64,000 bases of DNA from Octopus vulgaris. Its lineage: Eukaryota. The number at the start of each line of letters is the position of its first letter. Position 1 is the stretch's first letter. The stretch is from positions 85,126,001 to 85,190,000 of the forward strand of contig OX597823.1 in assembly GCA_951406725.2 (NCBI GenBank), read 5' to 3'. The notes under the pieces were generated by a model, which saw only the letters and a list, made by a program, of their open reading frames with translations, did no database searches and was not told the origin of the DNA. The position numbers and the translations under genes are program-made. Shown in pieces: positions 23,961-40,710 of the stretch.

Positions 23961-25069
23961 AGCGAAATTGAAACATAATTCACAGTGTATGTTTATAGAC
24001 AGTGAACGGTGAGGAAATAGAAATTTCTTGGTTGGTTCTCAAAACAATCAGAAAATTATTCTCCTTAAATACAGAGGATCCACTGTACATTACTGGTATT
24101 GATGTTGTTCAGCATCACGAACACCTTCATCCTTCATATATGTTATAGAAGACGTTCCTACCATAATCACCCAGTATGTATTTCAGGGTGTGTTTTGGTT
24201 CATTCGATGTCGGCACTTCCTATCATTGCGAAGATATTATTTTCTTGTTGCGGAAGATAAGATTTAATTACATTCTTCTGTAAAATCATTACAGGTGTCG
24301 TTATAAATTCCTCGCTTCGCTTAGAATATAATTTAATGTTTACATGCCAACGGAATATCCTTCCGTCTTCGAGTCAAAGCTTGTATTCACTTTAACATGC
24401 TTCAATTTTTCAATTTTTCAAGTTTTGTTTTTCCTTAGGGAAAACATATGACGAGATCGATAAGAATAAACTAAACAACTGGATATGGAAAACATTATGC
24501 CTCTCCATAACGGCAGAGTGTTGTGCAAAGTACCTTGAAACTTTTGGTTCAAATCCTGCTCACCAGAGTCGTCTTGATTTATCTTTGGACTAACAGTAGA
24601 AACCATTACTAATGTGTTTTATAGTTCGGCAACAGGACGAATAACAGGGGCACGACATGCGCAACGCTATCCTGAGAGGGTAGCGATTGATACTGAATTT
24701 AAATGCCTTTACATTACGAAAATCGCGGATGGCAAATTACATTGCATACAGTTGTAATTCTTTAAATGATGAATCTAATAAATAGCAAAAAATATTGAAA
24801 AAAGCAAACATCATCTTCTGGATAGTGATGCAAGTGAATGCAAGAAGACTTCTAATAATATTACTTTTTAAACACCCATCGCATAATCAGGTTTAAGGTG
24901 TTTTCCTGGAAACCTAATGTTCAATGTGTATTTTGTCGAATGGTACGTAAGTAGTAACGCTGTGACAACAATTTTAAAGGTGCTAAGCTTAGTACAGTAT
25001 TGAGTATTTATTGTCTAAAGCTGTTAGTTTATTGTGTATGGTGACCGTGTATTTAAGCTGTTAAAAATA

Positions 25070-25635
25070 TTGGGTTGTCCGGAAAGTTCGTGCCGATTTA
25101 TAGTAGTTTACCTTTCGACTTATTTTAGAACATGGTTCAGTCCATAAAATAGGATTTGACTACACCTCTATTGAGAGCACTGTTTAAGCTATCTTTTCGT
25201 GGAAGAAGGTTTATGTTTCTATAACCTGTGTTAATTCTGTAACCCTTTAAAATGGAAAATAAAAAAGTTCATTTTCGGCACTTGATGCTTTGGGAACCAG
25301 ACAAAAGTTCCTGCAGCTCGGCTGGGATGTATTACTCCACCCTCCATATTCACCAGATATTGATCCTTCGGATTTCCACTTATTCAGGTCTCTGCAGAAT
25401 AGTCTTAATGGTAAAATTTTCAATTCCTTGGATGACGTAAAAAGATACCTTGATGAATTCTTTGCCATGAAACCACCCCAATTCTGGGAAGAGGATATTT
25501 TCAAGTTAAAAGAAAGATAGAGACACATTGTGCAACAAAATGGTTCATATTTGGCTGATTAAATATGTAATCGCAAGTATTTATTGACCTTTTTCTTTCC
25601 TTTAAAAATCGGCACGAACTTCCCGGACAACCCAA
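25070..25635 (+). mobile_element. Internally deleted mariner (566 bp)
   Basis: 30-bp TIRs ttgggttgtccggaaagttcgtgccgattt / aaatcggcacgaacttcccggacaacccaa with TA TSD. N-terminus MENKKVHFRHLMLWE is fused to C-terminus LGWDVLLHPPYSPDIDPSDFHLFRSL. Confidence 0.92.
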
Positions 25636-25809
25636 TACTATATAATATCCTTATAGAAAAATATTGTATCGAAGTTTGTATTGATGGAGGCAGAGTAATA
25701 CTTGGTATGAGTTCTTTCATCTAAATGTATTTGTGTTTGTATGAGTTAACGATCATCTGCAAAGAGATGTATTTTGCGAATGATGACACAGCATGGATCA
25801 AAAGTGTCT

Positions 25810-26022
25810 TTTATCACTTTCTTGTTTCCGTTAGTGAAATGTGGCCATGCTGGAGCACGACCTTGAAGGGTTTAGTCAAGCGAATCAACCCCTGTGCCTA
25901 GGTTTATTTTACAGTCTGATACTTATTCTGTCAGACTCTCTTTGCTGATCTGATACATTACGAGACGGAAACAAACCAGCTTCGGTAGACAAGTGAAAAA
26001 AAATACACAAAGACACAAACAC

Positions 26023-26025
<3 letters not shown>
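25810..26025 (-). mobile_element. SINE-A 3' half
   Basis: tgtggccatgctggagcac is the reverse complement of the SINE-A tail. Confidence 0.7.
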
Positions 26026-26100
<75 letters not shown>

Positions 26101-26148
26101 AAATAAGTCAAAATAGAAAATGCTAAAATGATTTTATAAAGAAGATTT

Positions 26149-26186
26149 CAGTACCGGTTTCAGTCATTTTGAGACCTTTTCAACTG
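26149..26186 (-). ncRNA. Minimal type I hammerhead ribozyme motif (U3-A8 variant) in a PLE-like fragment (about 26097-26320)
   Basis: Minus strand reads cag UUGAAAA gguc ucaaaau gacu GAAA ccgg UA cug: stem I cag/cug, stem II gguc/gacu, palindromic stem III, GUA cleavage triplet. Activity is untested. Confidence 0.65.
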
Positions 26187-27269
26187 TAACGATTAAATAA
26201 TTAAATTTAGAAAAATGAAAAGAAATGATTTTTTAAAGGAATATTTGTATAGTGTTCAAATATAAGTGGCATTTTCCTTGTTTCTGCCTTGCTTTGTCTC
26301 TCTTGTTCACACTTGAATATATATTTATATTAGGACTCTGATATTATATATGAAAGTGCTTAGGGCTCTGATATTATATATGAAAGGGCTAAAAAGGTTT
26401 TCAAACTCCTATTTCTTTACGGTCCACACACACATACACACACATTCCGCTAAAACCTCGGGTCGAATAAATAGTTGTGGGTTTCGTAGAGGGAAACTGA
26501 AAGAAGTATGATGATTATTCCTAACAAGTTGAACAACAGGAGTCACGAGCTTTGATTTGATTCGATTTCGGGAAGAAAGACGATTCCCGAAAGGGTGGAG
26601 GGCAAAGTCGACCTCGGCTGAATTTGAACGCAGAACATAAATCTTGAAAAAGTGCCGTTAAACAATTTGTCGATAATGCTAATAATTTCCCCAGCTCACC
26701 ACCTTAAGAAAGACAACCTCAGTGAGTTTGAATATGGCTAGGCATGGTGTTCGAACTCCAGACACTCCATCAATTGGCCGTGATTGTCTAAAATATAGAC
26801 ACAAAATAAAAATCTGAAAATTAGTAGAAAATTTCTACATGATATGAATGTATTTCAGGAAAAATGTTAATTTTGCTATGACGAAGCGCAGTCTTGTCGC
26901 AATATCAGATGTTCGAATTTGAGCATCTAAAATTATTTTGGCTAAATTTACTGCTAATTCAGCTAGCAGATATAATGCGTTCTCCTACATTCCAATCACG
27001 TTGCAAGCATACATGCAGTCATTCATTAATTTGGTATAATTGTGTCGTAGATCTCTCATTATGAAATTGTAGTTGGTAAATTTTATGAAATTGCTTTAGG
27101 ACAAGATAGAAGACAGAGATAGAAAAATATACATTTACACGTACATACACATACTTTTAGCAATACACAAACACACACACATAGTAGACATATATACAAA
27201 CAAACGCACAAGCGCGCACACACACACCGCACAGACATATATATGGTATTATTTATAACGTATTCAAAT

Positions 27270-27470
27270 TCTGGCACAAGGCCAGAAATTTCTGGGGTGG
27301 GTTAAGTCGATTACATCGAACCCAGTACTCAAAGAGTACTTATTTTATTAACCCAAAAAGGATGAATGGCAAATCTCGATCCCGGCAACATTTGAGCTCA
27401 GATCGTAAAGTTGGAAGAAATACCGCTAATCATTTGTTTCCGGCGCAGCAACGTTTCTGCCAGCTTGCTA
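27270..27470 (-). mobile_element. SINE-B monomer
   Basis: ggcacaaggccag...aagtcgattacatcg...tacttattttatt...ttctgccagct. Confidence 0.75.
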
Positions 27471-28077
27471 TCGTAATGTATTATTTATGTTATATCATTA
27501 TATATTATATATATCATAATATATTATGTATATTATAAATAATATACCAAAATATTAGTATATAATATAATATATATTATACCATATGTAGTTAATATAT
27601 ACTAATATATAATTTTGGCATATTATATATTACTTAGAATAACCTTTGAATATGTTTTTGTATCTATAAAACTATGTATCTATTTGCTCAAGTTTCAGTA
27701 AAGACTACACAAGGCATGCAAAAAGAAAGCCAAAAAAAAATAACTGAGAAAAAAAAAGCTTAGAATCCTTATATATGTGTTAGTATTCCTCGGTGCGTTG
27801 AAGATTATCTCGGAGTGACATCAACTCTATTATATGAACAGCGAATTGAGTGAGAGTAATTTGAAACAGTAACATTTTCGCCAGAAAGGAATGCATTGCA
27901 TTATAAACTTCAAAAGATTTTTCAAATCCCAAACATTCTTAAATTCGAAATAAATTTGTTTGCACAGAATTATCTTCACTTAGAATTTCTACAAACATGC
28001 TCTTTGATTTAAGCGTCAAAAAGCTAAAATAACATTTTGCTTTTAAGTTTTGGCATCCAGTCATAATATTATTATTA

Positions 28078-28135
<58 letters not shown>

Positions 28136-28659
28136 CATTGCCTTTTCTTGCTTTCTTCCTTTCTCCTCCTCCTTAAAATGGCAGATCATTTAAATATGCT
28201 GACATGATGAAGCAAATAAATAAACAAATAAGCGAACAATGTAAATAAAAATAAAATAAATTACAAGAATAAAAGCTCATGAATTAGCCATATAAAGAAA
28301 ATAATTAAATTTCGCAAACAATATAAAGAATATTTGTTTACTTTTTAACGTAAATTAAAATGAAAATACATATATGTATAAATTTTCATAAAAATAATGA
28401 TAACAACGATGACAACAACAACAACAACAACAACAGCAACAACATATTTCAATGACAAATGATGGAGTTCAATGAATAAAGAGTTTACTTTTAGCAATTG
28501 AATGGAAAAAGAAATGCAAATTTAATAAAAATACCCACAAACCAAACCAAATGAAAGTTATAATAACAATGATAATATTAATAATAATAAAAATAATGAA
28601 ATGCCAAGAAGAAAACTACGATGATGGTGTTGATGATGATTATGATGACGAAGAAGAAG

Positions 28660-28950
28660 TACAAGAAGAAGAAGAAGAAGAAGAAGAAGAAGAAGAAGAA
28701 GAAGAAGAAGAAGAAGAAGAAGAAGAAGAAGAAGAAGAAGAAGAAGAAGAAGAAGAAGGAGAGGACGAAGAAGGCTAATGAGAAACAACAACGTTAAAAA
28801 AATACCACAACAGTAATAACAAGACAACAACAAATACAGAGATAACAGCAGCAACAATAATAATAACAATAATAATAATAACAATAATAATAATAATAAC
28901 AATAATAATAATAACAATAATAATAATAATAACAACAGCAACAACAACAA
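28660..28950. repeat. (GAA)n followed by (AAT/AAC)n microsatellites
   Basis: Directly visible; source of the poly-E and poly-L pseudo-ORFs. Confidence 0.95.
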
Positions 28951-29658
28951 GAGCAACGTGAAAATAAATTCTAAAACCAAGCAAATTTGAATACACGACT
29001 GCGTCGCCGCAATACAACTGGCATAGAACTGGATGGCATAATGTTATCTTATTACAATTTCTGTATTGTCTCTTTTATTTTTAATTTTTTTTTCATATAT
29101 ATATTTTTTTCTTTCTCTAACATCAACTAATCAACATTTTCGCGTTTCTGTAGTGGACATAATTCTTGGGGACACGGTGAGAATTCTAATGTGGGCTGAA
29201 GAACAAAAAGAAATAAAAGAATCAATACTAAATTTATTGCTATTTTTTTCTGTTTATATATATATATATATATTTATTTATTTTATGTTCTTGTACATTT
29301 ATTTGCATGAGAGCCTAATACTTGCTGAAAAACCCCCACCGGTCGCGTTATTTTATGAGTTAGTTGGGGCCGTAAATATTTCCTTTTCACTTCGAAAAGC
29401 TGTGCTTTATTCTATTTTAAGTGAAAAAAAAAATAATAAATAATATAGCCAATATCTACAGGAAGTAAAAACCTGGAAAAATTATGAAAAATTTTAAAAA
29501 ATAAGTGAGAAAAGGGAGAAATATATGTGGAGTTAAATAAAAAATAATAATAAAAAATCACGTTTTTCATTCTCTCTGCATTTAGTCCCTCAATATATCT
29601 GTCTATATATTTAACCATCTATCTGTTTTTCTCTATATATATCTATCTATTTACTTAC

Positions 29659-29734
<76 letters not shown>

Positions 29735-31015
29735 TTATCCATCTATACGTCTAGCTCGCAATAGGCAACAATTTAGCTTATTTATTTTCAGTCAAATTTT
29801 CCCCTTCCTTTATCTATTATTTGTTATTTGTTACTTCAATTCATTTACTTAGATATGTTTGTTATTTACTTATGTTTTTTTATCTGAAAATTTACCTATT
29901 TATTTATTGTTTGCTGAACAGAATTCACTGGTTCACAACAGCTTTACTCAAAAAAGGTGACGCTGTAAAACCTTAGCTGAATACACAACATTTAAAAATC
30001 CTGAGTTTGAAAGCAAAACATATCTTTTATTGATTTAACAGGTCAATCCGTTTTGTAAAAATCTATCAATTTTAAACTTTGATTACCATGTTTTATTCAA
30101 ATATATTTTCACACAAATGAAAACACAATGTACAGAATAGAAATTATTTAATATATACCAGCGATTCAAATTTATACTACACAAAATAATAATACATTTC
30201 AGAAAATATTTTTGTTATTACTATTAGAACTACTCATTTACTAAAATATATCCGGTAACTTAAGATTGTTAATACACTGGAAAGCATAGTGATGGGGTTG
30301 AAAAGTGGGACAAAACACATGACTTCTAATGTAGCTTCTGGTTGAAAATGGCTTTATGAATGAAGCGAGGTATGAAGGCAAAAGTATGCCAAAGCATGTC
30401 ACATACATATAGAGGTAAGTATAAACCTATGTATTTAGGTGTGGATATTCGGGCCGTCGTCGTCTAAACTGGCAGATTTTAGGAGGCTGCATTATAAGGA
30501 CGAGGATTTCTATTGGAAATGCTTCAGGACGAAAAGCAAAATCCCACAAAGGATGAATGAATTTATTAAAGTCACAAGCCGTCCAAAACCTGGGACTGAG
30601 AGACGTCTAATCTTTGTTTGGACATCTCTGTAACGAAGGAAAATAATGATGTAACATCTATGCATCCCATAATGTGGACTGGTTTTCCATTTTGGATAGA
30701 TTCGTGTTATCTATAGTGATATTGACTTTGTGCTAAAATTTTTCTTACTTTAAAAAGATTCGGGTACAAGCATTGCTTAATTTTTGATATCTCCGAACAC
30801 AGAATCAAAACACAGAATTAAAAAAAAAAGGAAGCTATGTGTGATAAGCTCTTGGAACACGAGCAAAAAACAGCGTTCATTCTCGCTACATCTATACAAA
30901 AGAAAATAGGTCCTTAGCAGGTTTGAAAAGTTACATCAAGGCTGCTCATATTCAACAGGATAACCAAACAAAGGCATCGCTTGAGGTCAAGTTTCAAGCA
31001 TCGTGTATGTAGGCA

Positions 31016-31046
<31 letters not shown>

Positions 31047-31380
31047 TTGTGTATGTGTTAGTATGGTAGGCTCAAACATAAGTAAGCAATACTTATCTTA
31101 TCATTGTTTATAGCCTAAATCCAAACGAGATATTTCCAATATGATCAACTCACTGAAATATTTGGATAATTTTAGGAATACTAACTGGATTGGATCCATG
31201 CACACATACAGAGACACACAGTGACACCATCAAGTCTACATACATACATACATGCATGCATACATACATACATACATACATACATGCATACATGCATACA
31301 TACATACATGCATGCATGCATACATACATACATACATACATACATACATACATACATACATACATACATACATACATACA

Positions 31381-31660
31381 TTATCCAGATTACTAGGCCA
31401 AGATTATACTTGTAATTGGTTAGTGGGATATGTACCACACTGCCTAAATGCCAATCATGAGAAATTAAGCTTCTCAAAACCAGAAAGGAGAGAGCTAATT
31501 CGAAGACTACAGATCCAATCTAGCACTGGAACTATAAAACTTTGTAAAACTTTCCAGAAGTTTATCATTGAAGTACATAATAGCATATCTAGATATGCTA
31601 CTATCTGCATAAGAATACATACACAAATCAGAACATACAAATCTGCACGCATACACACAC
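31381..31660 (+). mobile_element. 3' fragment of an R4/Dong-like (RLE) LINE within (CATA)n
   Basis: LVGYVPHCLNANHEKLSFSKPERRELIRRLQIQSSTGTIKLCKTFQKFII resembles the RLE-LINE end (GALG......L..L....I..IQK..L.GT..I), as seen in the 40711 element. Confidence 0.55.
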
Positions 31661-32104
31661 ATACATACACGAATACATACATACATATATACATACAAAC
31701 ATATATATAGACATACATATGATATAATACAATGTTTGTGTGTACAAATATATGCCTATGCGCATATATGTAAATATATATATGTGCTTGTCTGAGTATA
31801 TATATATATATATGAATTCAGGCGTTGACGCACAGTACACACAAACACACGTATGTACACGCATATACACATATATGTTTTACTTTAGGAAATTCATATT
31901 GGCAATAAACAGAAGATTAGATTATAATTCACCTCAGATTTGTCACCAAATGATCACTTAATAATCTATTTCCTAGTTTACCATTTCCTTATTAAATATT
32001 TCGTCAAACTGTTCCCATCCAATTCATCGCAGAATGAGACATCAATGACATCATTGTAAATGGCTGAATAAAATCTTAATTTATGTAATGAATATGCCGT
32101 CAAT

Positions 32105-32442
32105 ATTTTATCTTTACTGTTTTTAAGTCATTGCACTGCAGTCATGCTGGCGCACCATATTGAAGTGTTTAGTCGAACAGACTGAACACAGTGCTTCCTT
32201 TCAAGTGTGTTACATATTCCATCGCTCTCTCTTGCCAAACCGCCAGGAAATAAAGAATCTAAACAAACGAACACTGGTTGCTAAGGTTTAGTAAGGCGCA
32301 GACAAACACAAACACAAGGACACACGCGCAGATATACCTACAGGCACACACACACACATATATGTACATAAATCTACATTTACATCTCTCTGTGTCTCTG
32401 TCCCTCTCGCTCTGTCTCTGTCTCTCTCTGTCTCTCTGTATA

Positions 32443-32485
<43 letters not shown>

Positions 32486-32530
32486 AGAGCTAACACACTA
32501 TCCGCCCGGATAATAAATCCCTCCAAACTC

Positions 32531-32587
<57 letters not shown>

Positions 32588-32702
32588 AATATAAATTAAA
32601 ATATAAATTAAAGTCTAAGCTGTAGTAGATGCTGTTTGGATAAGGTGCCACGCAGTGGAGCTGAACCCGAAAACATCTGATTGCAAAATGAGCTTCTTAA
32701 CT
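32105..32702 (-). mobile_element. Decayed SINE-A with expanded internal microsatellite
   Basis: Tail reverse complement at 32105-32320 (tgcagtcatgctggcgcacc) and head reverse complement at 32640-32702 (aaggtgccacgcagtggagctgaacccg). Confidence 0.6.
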
Positions 32703-34266
32703 TCCTAAGCAGACAACTTTGCATGCCCCTATTATGAAGTAATTATCTGATTAAGCGATTGCGTAATAATAAAACTGACGATACTTAAGTCTGTGGGAGG
32801 AGAATCGTTGTTTTACTAAGATACATGTACATGGTGGTGCTGATTATTCAGGTATTAAATTCAGTTAAGCTTTTACTGTACTATTTCGTTATCTGAACTT
32901 TCATCAAATGATGGTTTTTGCGAGAATGGGATGTGTAAATGTTTTACTCGTAGTTGAGTTAAGGAGCTTAGTAATGCTATTATATATGCTTATTATATTA
33001 ATGTTTTCTCTTATAGGTTTGTATTTTGAAAGCCCCCATATCTATTATTATATAGTTGCTTCTCCACTGGTTTTCCAATTTACTTTTGGTACCTTTTATA
33101 ACAAGTGCACATCATTATGTGTGTAAGAAGACTCTTGTAAGACAACTGGTCTGCCTACCTTGATATCACTACAATCAAGCATGGACAGAGTTCTGTCGTC
33201 AGACACTAAAAGTTTGTTCTACTTAATAACTCCCAGAAAACCGTGCATGATTGTATTACTTATTAGTTCTATAAAGGTGCTTTTAGTGCTATTAATATTA
33301 TGGTAGAATTTTTATGTTTAGTTTTTGCGCAATGATTACAGAAATAACTTTTGTGTATGAAGTGAAAATATTTTCAAATATGTTCTTATATCATCGTAAA
33401 GAGAGCCAACGACAGCAATTATCGTTGAAATTTATGTCCTTTTTGATGAGGTATCATTATCCACTTTCTGTAAAAGTTGTTCATTTTGGTATTTGTATTC
33501 TGTGTTTGTTCGTGATTGTATAAATACATTTTTGCAAGACAATGATATTTTTAAGGGTCTGGTGCAACGACGTAGCCGCAGCCTTAGACTGGTGGCCCCA
33601 GCTGTAACCATATTTATCATGTTTACTTTCATATTTTATTCAATTTTAATTTATCGTGTATATTTAAGCATTTTTAGACATTAGGATTGAATTTGAGGAA
33701 AATTTGGTTGCAGTTTTTTTAAATCTGCACAAGATAAAGCATTGACAACCATGTTAAAAGGGTATGCATCCGTTAACTAAGGAAAACAAGATAAGATGGC
33801 CAGAGCTGAACTATTTCATTTTAGGTAAGATTGTAAGGGGATGACGTTGAACAGCAAAAACGACCGGTAATAAGATGTATTAAATAATATAGGTTAGAAA
33901 AAAGATATGGTGACCACTGTTGAAACGCCATTGATCATAATACGCTGGATCATGAATTACTGTAAAGTAGTTCACCAACAGTAACAGATTGATGCTTTGA
34001 ATAATGTAGTTTGCAAAAATAATAGTTAGGAGGGGCATGAGTGTAACCTCGCTGAATTTAGTTAAGTTCATTTGTGTTGATCTGATTTTAGACAACAAAA
34101 TGGCAGACATATGTGATGATATAGTCTGAATGGAGAGATAGGTGCTGGCGGATATGTTGGAACATGGGTTCAATCGATGTTCAGGTGTCTTGGCCTAGCT
34201 GCGAAAGAGAAAAAAACTTGTTATTCAGAAGTCGCCGAGAAAGCAGTCAACTACATCTATGTTTTG

Positions 34267-34503
34267 CAGCCATATTTTTCAACCATGGACTCCTTTTGAT
34301 AGATCATCCTTGCGATTCGATGTTTAAAAATTCATATTATATTTTTATAATAAATATTATCAGGTATAATAAATATTATCAGGTAATATAAACAGATTAA
34401 GTTATTTTGTGTACAGATATAACTAATTTATTGCAAATAAATTTTGATGTTAAGCATCCATCTGACCTCCAAGAGTCATATGCATCCTGGTTGAGAACAA
34501 CTG
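34267..34503. mobile_element. Possible hAT-type MITE
   Basis: Imperfect TIR-like ends ...tttttcaacc / ggttgagaacaactg; no TSD confirmed. Confidence 0.3.
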
Positions 34504-35374
34504 CACTACATCTAGCGCAAGAAAGAGGACGAGTGTTGCAGTAAAAGTGAGCATGGGGAATGGTAGAAACATCTAGTCGAAAGTCGGAACACCTATCGCA
34601 ATGGGCTTGTGCTGTTATGCGGGAGTTTGTTCTCCTTTACCAGTGGCTGGCCCCGGGCAGTTGAAGTGTTGCAGTGGAAGGGGCTGAAACACTGACATAG
34701 TTATTTTACTGCCTTATGAGACAGCGACACTAATTTTCGGAGACAGAATACAGTAGCACCTATCGCATATACGCGTTACCGTAAATGTAAGTACATTAGA
34801 TAATATTGTCTGAAGCAGAGGACAGAAACGGTACGGCCATGGATGCTATGCAGTTGATGATGGGGTGCTATCCATGACCATGGGTTAAATAACAATCATT
34901 TCCCACAGCAGAAACAACAGCAATAACAGCAAAGACAACAACGACAGCAGCAAGAGTGACATACTGGCTAATGTACTCTGAAAACTAAAAATAAAAGACA
35001 AACAGCGTAATGTTCGCAGCTGGAGAGGTATTGATCCTAAAACCATTCATTTAGAATTGAACTTGGTCTAAACAACAACAAAAGGAAAGGCACAGATCGA
35101 AACCGTCTCCCTTTCAAAGCTAACCCAACACTGTTCGCCTTTTCATAACGTTTATGGCTTAACCCACCCAACCACTAGCCTCGTCATACAAAAAGAAGGC
35201 GCAATCTTCTAATTACCTTGTTTGCTTTCATTTCCTCGCCACTGAAAGCATTACCATTATACGCGTCGCTTATTTTATCAGCATCTTTTCGCTAAACAAA
35301 GTGATGATTCTTCATTGCTAATTCCAGTTTACGGTTTATTTAGTGCTGGCCTAATTTGATTGTAATATTGGCGA

Positions 35375-37860
<2,486 letters not shown>

Positions 37861-37929
37861 CAATATAAACAAAGAAACGAAAGTTATCGCATATTGTAAA
37901 TGAAGAAAAGTTTTAGTAGATAGGTGAAA

Positions 37930-38720
37930 CTAGAAGACGGGGAGGAAGAACGGGAGAAGGAAGAGGAGAAAGTGAAAGAGAAGGAGGTAAAAGAAGCAAG
38001 TGAGGAGGAGGAAGACAAAATTTAGAAGGGAAAGAGGAAAAAATAAAAGGAAAGTGAAGAGAATAATGAGGAGATAGAGGAGGAGGCTAAGAAACTAAAC
38101 TAAGAGATGAAAAAGAAAGTGAGAAAAGGAAGACGGAGAAGAAGAAGACATAGAAAAATAGAAAAGGGTAAGAACATGAAGACGAGAAAGGAAAAGAAAA
38201 AGAAAGAGAAGAAAGAAGAAGAAGAAGAAGAAGAAGAAGAAGAAGAAGAAGAAGAAAAAGAAGGGGGGAAGAAGAAGGACGCAAATGTGAAAATGAAAAG
38301 GAAGAAGATGAAGTTGAGGTAGAAGTGGAAGAAAAAGGAAAACGAAAGAAGAATATGAAGAAGAAGAAAAAGAAGGAAAAGGAAAATAAGAACAAAGAAA
38401 ATGAAGAAGAGAGAAGAGGAGGAGGAGGAGGAGGAGGAGAAGAAAGAAGAAAAGAAGAAGAAGAAGAAGAAGAAGAAGAAATGGAAGACGATGAAGATAG
38501 CGGTGTAGGAGGAGGTGAAGAAGAATACGAAGACCTACAACTCTACTACTAACACCACCACCACCACCGCCACCACTAGCACCACCACCGCCACCACCAT
38601 AACCATCACCACCGCAACCGGCAACAACAACAACAACCACAAACACTACAACAACAGCAACTACAAGAACAACAACAGCAACTACAAGAACAACAGCGGC
38701 AACAATTATAACAAATACTG
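37930..38720. repeat. Purine-rich (GAA/GGA)n then (CAC/AAC)n low-complexity tract
   Basis: Directly visible. Confidence 0.9.
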
Positions 38721-38876
38721 GAACAAGGAAAAAAAAAACATGGAAGGTAAGTTTGCAAATAAATTTTTGATTTATTTGTTGTGGAGGTATTTGTACCACA
38801 ATATTTCCTCTTTCTTTCTATATTTGTATGTGTCTTATCTTTTATTCTTCTGTCGAAAATGCAACATACATACATG

Positions 38877-38916
<40 letters not shown>

Positions 38917-39259
38917 TATGCAAAATAATAATGGCGTTGTTTGTTGTTATTATTGCTCTCGTTAAGAGACGTTATTGTTTAGTTTTGTTCTTCGTTATAT
39001 TTTTTATTTATTGGCTTTAATTTGTTTTTTTTTTCCATTTTTTTTCCTTTGCAATGCTTCGTCGTAGATGTAAAGCAAAAAAAAAAATACAAAAAACAAA
39101 GAGAAACACATTCACACACAAACAAAATATACTATTTGCATTCATGTGTTTGTACCTTGACTTTTCTTTCTTTTTTAATGTTAACGTTGTCATTATGTGA
39201 ACTCTTAAAAATTCAGTTCAGGTGTATTTGAAGAATGATGGTTGCTGTTACATTGTAGC

Positions 39260-39382
<123 letters not shown>

Positions 39383-39494
39383 GTATATATATAAATATAT
39401 GTATATGTGTAGATGTATATGTGTATATGCATATACATACATATATATATATAGGTATATATAAATATATTCATATGTATACATAAATTATACG

Positions 39495-39525
<31 letters not shown>

Positions 39526-40570
39526 ACATATGTATATATGCATATGCATATTGATGTGTGAATATATACATGTATATATGTATAGTTATATACGTATATA
39601 TATATATATATATATATGTATGCATACTTATATATATATATTTATATACACGTGCACTTGTATGCATATGAATTTGAATAAATACACCCACACGCATGTA
39701 TACATGCGTATGTATGTATATGTGTTTGTGAGTATGTATACGGTTTGGGTAAATATGCATGTATATGCGCGTACTTTCTCATGAACGTACTCCCACCCAA
39801 AATATATGACAAGTGATTGCATGTGAACGCACATAGACACCAGAAAACAGTACTCAATACCCGGTGTAATGTGAGACAATTAATCACCAATTATTATGTA
39901 AAGAATTCTTCTCTTTCTTCTTCTTCTCCTTCTCCTTCTTCTTCTTCTTCTTCTTCTTCTTCTTCTTCTCGTCTTCCCCCTCCTCTTCCGCCTCTTGCCC
40001 TTCTTCTTGAATATCAACTGTGGCAACAGGAACAACAGCAACAGCAACTTCAACAACATTGATAACATCAGAAAACTATAGCAACCACCACCAATACCAA
40101 CTCCAACACCAACACCACCACTACTAATACTACTACTAGTACTACAACTACTACTCATACTCCTGATGCTGCTGCTGCTACTACTACTACTACTACTACA
40201 ACTACAAATACTACTACTGCTACTACTACTACTACACCTACTACTACTACTACTACATATTCTTCTTGCAGAATCTTTAGTGCTTCATACAATATATTTG
40301 GCGATATTTCCTGCCATTCTTTACGTTCGGAGTTCAAATGCTGTTCACCGAGACCCACTCAGCATTTCATCCCTTTGGGGGTCAATACAATGGGTACTTA
40401 ATGAACCTTAGCCTCAAGGTAATCTGCGAACTTCCCTACCCTTAATACAACTACTCTTGTGCCCAAATTTTGAACACTTGTTACCCTTATAGCAACAACA
40501 ACCATAACTATATTAATAATAATAATAATTATAATAATAATAATAATAATAATATTAATTATAATAATAC

Positions 40571-40614
<44 letters not shown>

Positions 40615-40643
40615 GTCATTATTATTATTATTATTATTATTGA

Positions 40644-40685
<42 letters not shown>

Positions 40686-40710
40686 CATTGTTATTATTAT
40701 TATTATTATT

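Noticed and set aside
28551-28778. 75-aa ORF with hydrophobic N-terminus and poly-Glu, resembling a secreted acidic protein
   Set aside because: Built entirely from (ATA)n, (GAT)n and (GAA)n microsatellites.
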